Positions 58,965 through 64,000 of a stretch of 64,000 bases of DNA are shown here, piece after piece. The notes under the pieces were generated by a model. That model searched no databases. It was not told the origin of the DNA and saw only the letters and a list, made by a program, of their open reading frames with translations. Location: NCBI GenBank assembly GCA_051531975.1, contig JAOPTT010000002.1, positions 249,968 through 313,967 of the forward strand, read 5' to 3'. The position numbers and the translations under genes were made by a program. Each line of letters begins with the position of its first letter. The stretch's first letter is position 1. This DNA is from Spirochaetaceae bacterium (GTDB lineage: Bacteria; Spirochaetota; Spirochaetia; DSM-2461).

Positions 58965-59245
58965 TAAACCTCAAAATCTACAACAGTACTACCGGTCACT
59001 GCAGCAACTATTATTGCTTTTAGCTCTAAATGTATAGGATTAATCTGGTAAGCTTCTAATGCAGCTTTATCTGAATGTGTCGATATTAAAACTAAATCAC
59101 TAGCGGCTGGAGAAGTATTAATATTTACTCCTGCTTCTATAGAAAGAAGTCCAGGTATTTTACCAGCTATTGCTTCAATTTCACCTTTTAATCTTGGAGC
59201 ATCATCCAACTCTTTTAACTTCCACATTACAACATGTTTTATCAT
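58964..59245 (-). CDS. Dabb (stress-responsive A/B barrel) protein
   Basis: MIKHVVMWK, IPG, YQ.NP.H, VVDF. Confidence 0.88.
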   Translation of the reverse strand: MIKHVVMWKLKELDDAPRLKGEIEAIAGKIPGLLSIEAGVNINTSPAASDLVLISTHSDKAALEAYQINPIHLELKAIIVAAVTGSTVVDFEV

Positions 59246-59255
59246 TATATCTCTC

Positions 59256-60074
59256 CTATATTGTTATTATTTCAAATGGTGTATGTAGTTTTTTAAATCC
59301 ACAATTTTTTATCATTATTAAAGCTTCATCAAAATAGCACTCTATATTATTTGATGCATGAACATCACTATTAAGACATATCTTAATATCTCTTTTAAAG
59401 CACTCCTCTAAAATCCATTTAGATGGATATGGAGTATCCTGAACTCCTCGGGAAATAGCACCTGTATTTACTTCAACTATAATATCCCTATTTTCAAGTA
59501 GATCTAGAGTTTCATAAACCTGTTTTTTATACCATGACTCTTCTTCTGTGAAATATCTAAAATCTTTATTGAACTTTTTAATAAGATCAAAATGACCTAA
59601 TATATTAAATCCACCCTGTTTTATTAAAGCCCGAACCTGAGAATAGTACTCTATAGTAAAATCCTCAATAGACCCAAAAATAGTATTTGTTACATAGTCA
59701 AAAACCTCAGGATTTTCATCTACACTATAATACACTTCTGAGTTTTTAAATTTAACCTGATGCACAGAACCTATAGAATACTCTAAACCAAGGTTTTTAA
59801 AATATTCAAACCGGTTTTCATCAGGATAATAATCAATTTCTAATCCCAAATGAATATCTATTTCATCTCTAAACTCCTCTTTAAGAGCCCTTATATTTTC
59901 TATGTACTTATTAACGTTATTTTCTTTTAGAGTCCAATCATTGTCCTCTTTTAGTGGTGCATGGGAGGAAAACCCTAAACTAGAGAATCCTCTTTTAATA
60001 GCTTCCTCAACATAACCTCTAGGGTCACCTTTTCCATCGCAATAAAAGCAATGTGTATGATAGTTTGTCTTCAT
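59256..60074 (-). CDS. hisJ: Histidinol-phosphatase, PHP/HisJ family
   Basis: NYHTH..YCDG, GFSSHAP, GLEIDY, IGSVH, GHFDL, EVNT, NSDVH. Confidence 0.85.
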   Translation of the reverse strand: MKTNYHTHCFYCDGKGDPRGYVEEAIKRGFSSLGFSSHAPLKEDNDWTLKENNVNKYIENIRALKEEFRDEIDIHLGLEIDYYPDENRFEYFKNLGLEYSIGSVHQVKFKNSEVYYSVDENPEVFDYVTNTIFGSIEDFTIEYYSQVRALIKQGGFNILGHFDLIKKFNKDFRYFTEEESWYKKQVYETLDLLENRDIIVEVNTGAISRGVQDTPYPSKWILEECFKRDIKICLNSDVHASNNIECYFDEALIMIKNCGFKKLHTPFEIITI

Positions 60075-60168
60075 AAACTAAATCTACTAACCTTTACTAC
60101 TTAAGGTCAATATGAATATTTTAATGTTTAGCTTTAAAAACAAGCAAATATAGAATAAAATATAGTTA

Positions 60169-61845
60169 ATGATAGAAAATCAAGAAATGTGGTTCAGAGG
60201 ATTATTACATACATCAACAGATGCAATAATTGCTATAGATAAATCCACCAATATCTACTTCATGAATATTGTAGCCCAAAAACTATTAGGTACCGAAGAA
60301 TCTGAGGCAAAAGGTAAACCCTTGCAACGAATTCTAAAAATAAAAACATTTGATAATTCTGAGATACCTTTACTTCAAGATAATAACTACATAGAGTTAA
60401 ATAAATTTGAAGCCGAAGTTTATAATAGAATAAATAAACTTTACGTACAGGTTTCATGTAGTATGACTTCAGTTAGAGATTCAGATGGGAATTATAGTGG
60501 TAAAATACTCATTATAAAAGACATTGGGGAGATTAAATCACTATTCTCAAAAATAGATTATCAAACATCTCATGACTCACTTACAGGTCTTTTTAATAGA
60601 AAAAGATTAATTGAATACAGTGAAAAATTGATAAATTTATCTAAGACGAACAGTAGTACCCATGGTTTATTAAGTATAAGTTTAGATAAATTTAAAATAA
60701 TTAACGACACTTGTGGCCACACTGCAGGAGATGAGCTATTAAGAAAAATAACTAAGTTAATTAATGAAACAATAAGTAAAAACAAATATAAAATAGGTCG
60801 GATTGGTGCTGATGAATTTGGAGTATTATTTAAAAATACAAATATTACTGAAGTTACTCAATTTACAAAAACTATAAAAAGAAAAATATCAAAACAAGAT
60901 TTTATATGGGGCAAAAAAGAACATGCTATAACTTGTAGTTATGGAATAGTTATTATTGATAAAAACAGTAGAGATCACTATGAAATTTTTGCAGCCGTAG
61001 ATGATGCGTGTGCTATTTCCAAAGAAAATGGTGGTGGGAAAATTGAAATTTATGATAATGTCCATCTGAAATATAACAAACGTAGAGATGAAATGTTGTG
61101 GATTCATAAACTTAAAGAAGCAATAAAAAACCAGCAATTCAAATTATATTATCAGGAAATTGAATCTGTACAAAAAACCAATATAAAAAAGCTAGAAATA
61201 TTAGTTAGATTAAAGGATAGTGACGGCAATATTGTATCCCCTATAAATTTCATTCCCCCAGCCGAATTATATGGAATAATGCCAGAGATTGATAAAATTA
61301 TAATTGAACAATCTATAGCCTCTTGCAAAAAAATTATTGACAATAAAGAGATAAAAAGTAAATATATTTTTAGTGTTAATATCTCAGGGACATCTTTATT
61401 AGATAAAAGTCTACCTGGTTTTATATTAACAATTTTTCAGAAATATAAGGTCCCTCCAAATCTATTTTGTTTTGAAATTACAGAGACAGCAACAATAAAA
61501 AATATGGATATTGCAAGATCGTTTATAAATAACCTGAAACGAATAGGTTGTACTTTTAGTTTGGATGATTTTGGTAGTGGATTTTCAAACTTTACATATT
61601 TAAGAACAATGGATGTAGATTATTTGAAAATAGACGGTTCATTTATTAAAGATATGTTAGACGAACCAATAAATAAAGCTATGGTAGAATCAATAAATAA
61701 TATTGGGCATATAATGAAAATGAAAACTGTTGCCGAATATGTGGAGTCTGAAGAATTAAAAGCAGCTCTTATAGAGATTGGAGTAGATTATTTACAAGGT
61801 TATGCTATCTGTAAACCTACTCCAATAGAAGAACTGCTTAAATAA
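60169..61845 (+). CDS. PAS-GGDEF-EAL protein
   Basis: PAS domain; HDSLTGLFNR, GHTAGD, RIGADEF; EIL, FEITET, LDDFGSG, KIDGSF, VAEYVE, QGY. Confidence 0.93.
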   Translation: MIENQEMWFRGLLHTSTDAIIAIDKSTNIYFMNIVAQKLLGTEESEAKGKPLQRILKIKTFDNSEIPLLQDNNYIELNKFEAEVYNRINKLYVQVSCSMTSVRDSDGNYSGKILIIKDIGEIKSLFSKIDYQTSHDSLTGLFNRKRLIEYSEKLINLSKTNSSTHGLLSISLDKFKIINDTCGHTAGDELLRKITKLINETISKNKYKIGRIGADEFGVLFKNTNITEVTQFTKTIKRKISKQDFIWGKKEHAITCSYGIVIIDKNSRDHYEIFAAVDDACAISKENGGGKIEIYDNVHLKYNKRRDEMLWIHKLKEAIKNQQFKLYYQEIESVQKTNIKKLEILVRLKDSDGNIVSPINFIPPAELYGIMPEIDKIIIEQSIASCKKIIDNKEIKSKYIFSVNISGTSLLDKSLPGFILTIFQKYKVPPNLFCFEITETATIKNMDIARSFINNLKRIGCTFSLDDFGSGFSNFTYLRTMDVDYLKIDGSFIKDMLDEPINKAMVESINNIGHIMKMKTVAEYVESEELKAALIEIGVDYLQGYAICKPTPIEELLK

Positions 61846-61847
61846 AA

Positions 61848-62045
61848 CTACGCGGTTTGAACTTCAGTGAGATAGTTAGTTCTTAGGCAAGACTCAAAAA
61901 GTGTCTTACTCATAATTTCCTCTCTACTCTCTATGCCAAAACCATTATTTTTTTCTAATAGTACTTTTAATTTATCCTCAGCCTCATTGATAATTGTTAA
62001 AATCTCAGGATAATTTTCTGATCCTTTTACTCTAAATGTTCTCAT
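61848..62045 (-). CDS. Small hypothetical protein
   Basis: AGAGGT RBS before ATG 62045; fills the gap between neighbours; LFESCLRT.YL. Confidence 0.7.
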   Translation of the reverse strand: MRTFRVKGSENYPEILTIINEAEDKLKVLLEKNNGFGIESREEIMSKTLFESCLRTNYLTEVQTA

Positions 62046-62077
62046 AGACACCTCTTTTCTAGTTTATGTATAACCTT

Positions 62078-62105
62078 TTATCGGTCTTTTTTATTTAGCA
62101 CTTTA
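62078..62105 (-). promoter_or_regulatory. Sigma28 (FliA/SigD)-type promoter
   Basis: Minus strand reads TAAA-16 nt-ACCGATAA. Confidence 0.6.
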
Positions 62106-62140
62106 TTGAAAGTTACTTTTCTATGGGGTAACATACCACC

Positions 62141-62653
62141 ATGAATAATTGTTTTTATATAATTGGAGTAAAACACTGTGGAAAAAGTAGTGTAGGAAAG
62201 GACCTAGCACATAGTCTTAATCTACCCTTCTACGATTTAGATGAAATAATAGAAAAATCAGTTAATATGAGTGTAAGAGATTTTTACAAAAAAGAAGGTA
62301 AAGATAGTTTCCAAAAACAAGAGACAAATGCTATCCTGTTTTTGCAAAAACAGTTAACTGGCTACATATGTGCAACTGGTGGTGGAATCTGTGATAACGG
62401 GGATGCTTACAAAATATTAGAACAAACAGACAATATATATTTAAATACATCATTCGAAACTGTATATGATCGTATTATTAAAAATGGCATACCAGCTTTT
62501 CTTAAATCTGATGATCCTAAAGCAGAATTTAATAGACTGTTTTTAACTAGAACAAAACTTTATAAAAATCTAAGTACAATAGAAATTAATGGAAATAATA
62601 AGACACAACACCAAATTAGTTTAGAACTAATAACAAAAGTAAGGGAGCTATAA
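62141..62653 (+). CDS. aroK: Shikimate kinase
   Basis: G.KHCGKSSVG, DLD, G...F...E, ATGGG; adjacent to aroC. Confidence 0.9.
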   Translation: MNNCFYIIGVKHCGKSSVGKDLAHSLNLPFYDLDEIIEKSVNMSVRDFYKKEGKDSFQKQETNAILFLQKQLTGYICATGGGICDNGDAYKILEQTDNIYLNTSFETVYDRIIKNGIPAFLKSDDPKAEFNRLFLTRTKLYKNLSTIEINGNNKTQHQISLELITKVREL

Positions 62654-63718
62654 ATGCCAGGAAGTAACTACGGAACTATATTCAAAATAACAACATTTGG
62701 GGAGTCACACGGAGAGGCTTTAGGTGTAGTAATCGATGGTGTACCAGCTGGATTTGAACTCTCATTAGATTTAATTCAAGAGGATATGGATCGAAGACGG
62801 CCTGGACAATCCGATGTTACAACTCCCAGAAAAGAAGCAGATAAAATAAAATGCTTATCAGGTTTTTTTCAAGGAAAGACAACAGGAACTCCCCTTACCC
62901 TTATACTGTTTAATGAGAATACTAAAAGTAAAGATTATGGTGATATAGTAGAGAAGTTTAGACCTGGTCATGGTGATTGGACCTACTTTTCAAAATATAA
63001 TGGACATAGAGACTGGAGAGGTGGTGGAAGATCATCAGGTAGAGAAACTTCTACTAGGGTTGCTGCAGGTTCTGTTGCTAAACAGTTATTAAAAACTCTG
63101 GATGTTGATATTCATGCATATACAAAAGCTGCCGGTGGAATAAAATGTCAAACATATAATAGAGAAGAGATTGAAAAAAATTCAATGAGAGCTTGTGATC
63201 CTATTGCAGCAGAAAAAATGGTCGCTAAGGTAAAAACTCTAATGAAAGAACACGATAGTATGGGTGGAATTGTAGAGTGTAAAATTACTAATATCCCTCC
63301 TGGTATTGGGGAACCAGTTTTTAATAAACTTGATGCAGAACTTGCCAAAGTGATTATGTCTATAGGTACAGTAAAAGGTTTTGAAATTGGTTCGGGATTT
63401 GCATGTGCAGAAATGACTGGGAAACAACAAAATGATGAACGAAACAAAGATGGGTTCTTATCTAATAATGCAGGTGGTATTATTGCAGGAATATCAACTG
63501 GGCAAGACATAGTTTTTAGGGCTGCAATAAAACCAACACCCTCAATAAGTCAAAAACAACAAACAGTAGATAAAAATAACAATGATACAGAGATTGTAAC
63601 AATAGGAAGACACGATCCGTGTATATGCCCAAGGGTTGTTCCAGTAATAGAAGCTATGGCAGCAATTGCTATCTTGGATCTTCTATTAGTACAAAAAAGA
63701 AATGAATTTATAAAATAA
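62654..63718 (+). CDS. aroC: Chorismate synthase
   Basis: [41 protein letters not shown]. Confidence 0.97.
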   Translation: MPGSNYGTIFKITTFGESHGEALGVVIDGVPAGFELSLDLIQEDMDRRRPGQSDVTTPRKEADKIKCLSGFFQGKTTGTPLTLILFNENTKSKDYGDIVEKFRPGHGDWTYFSKYNGHRDWRGGGRSSGRETSTRVAAGSVAKQLLKTLDVDIHAYTKAAGGIKCQTYNREEIEKNSMRACDPIAAEKMVAKVKTLMKEHDSMGGIVECKITNIPPGIGEPVFNKLDAELAKVIMSIGTVKGFEIGSGFACAEMTGKQQNDERNKDGFLSNNAGGIIAGISTGQDIVFRAAIKPTPSISQKQQTVDKNNNDTEIVTIGRHDPCICPRVVPVIEAMAAIAILDLLLVQKRNEFIK

Positions 63719-64000
63719 TTATCTAGCCCAACCACTCGTAGATGAGTTTTGGGCTTCGGGTTTAATATCTTCTTCTGGTGTAATTAATGGAGAGGTATAG
63801 ATTATTTCAGTTGGTTTTACTCTAACAATCCCACCTATAGGAACTTCTGCTAATAATATTTTATCTTCAAGACCTAAGAACTCTACTCTTTTTAACAATG
63901 CAAATAATTTTTTTCCATACGCAGGATCAGTAGCCCACCTTCCAGCTAAATCATGAACACTAATAGCAATCCCACGTTTTACTAAATTAAATCTAGGATC
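63719..64000 (-). CDS. 3' part of a glucosaminidase-domain (GH73-like) peptidoglycan hydrolase, truncated by the window edge
   Basis: Manual translation [32 protein letters not shown]...GWAR-stop; not in the ORF track. Confidence 0.75.
   Translation of the reverse strand, partial: DPRFNLVKRGIAISVHDLAGRWATDPAYGKKLFALLKRVEFLGLEDKILLAEVPIGGIVRVKPTEIIYTSPLITPEEDIKPEAQNSSTSGWAR

Noticed and set aside
2489..63735. Many short ORF-track entries antisense to or nested in longer genes (e.g. 2489..2860, 7640..7876, 15676..16182, 17719..18126, 19262..19486, 45081..45377, 50009..50371, 51173..51601, 63148..63510)
   Set aside because: They shadow well-supported CDS, show no family motifs and have the composition of reverse-frame artefacts
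1..64000. CRISPR arrays, rRNA/tRNA, prophage, transposases, defence systems, riboswitches
   Set aside because: No repeat-spacer arrays, cloverleafs or relevant protein motifs recognised; intergenic gaps are short. A covariance-model search was not possible, so small RNAs could be missed

Overview
AT-rich (by eye about 30% GC), gene-dense bacterial chromosome segment, most likely from a free-living spirochaete. That is an inference from the 'FASG/FAG' N-termini of the sugar-binding proteins and spirochaete-type hypothetical proteins. About 57 CDS, with no rRNA, tRNA, CRISPR array, prophage or intact transposase seen. Glycan use: two sugar ABC systems, GH43, GH42, GH51, GH3, a sulfatase and lacI-galK-galT. 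Regulators: Crp/Fnr, YesMN-like, TetR, ChvIG-like, AraC, MerR, IclR, LacI, Lrp, HD-GYP and GGDEF-EAL. Other genes: creD, fliB, RNA methyltransferases, an ABC-F protein, a 954-aa glutamate dehydrogenase, NFACT, Memo/AmrB, murD, dus, hisJ, aroK and aroC. The most interesting signals are non-coding: (1) a complete leader-peptide, antiterminator and terminator attenuator ahead of the ABC-F gene; (2) a 167-bp CTAG-flanked MITE-like long hairpin; (3) an identical 19-bp LacI-type operator both at the promoter and inside the lacI gene; (4) a perfect TGTGA-N6-TCACA box ahead of an uncharacterised two-permease (one with an Fe-S domain)-cupin-Crp operon; (5) about ten apparently leaderless genes; (6) a sigma28-type promoter ahead of a small hypothetical gene. 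All calls come from motif reading only; no searches were run.
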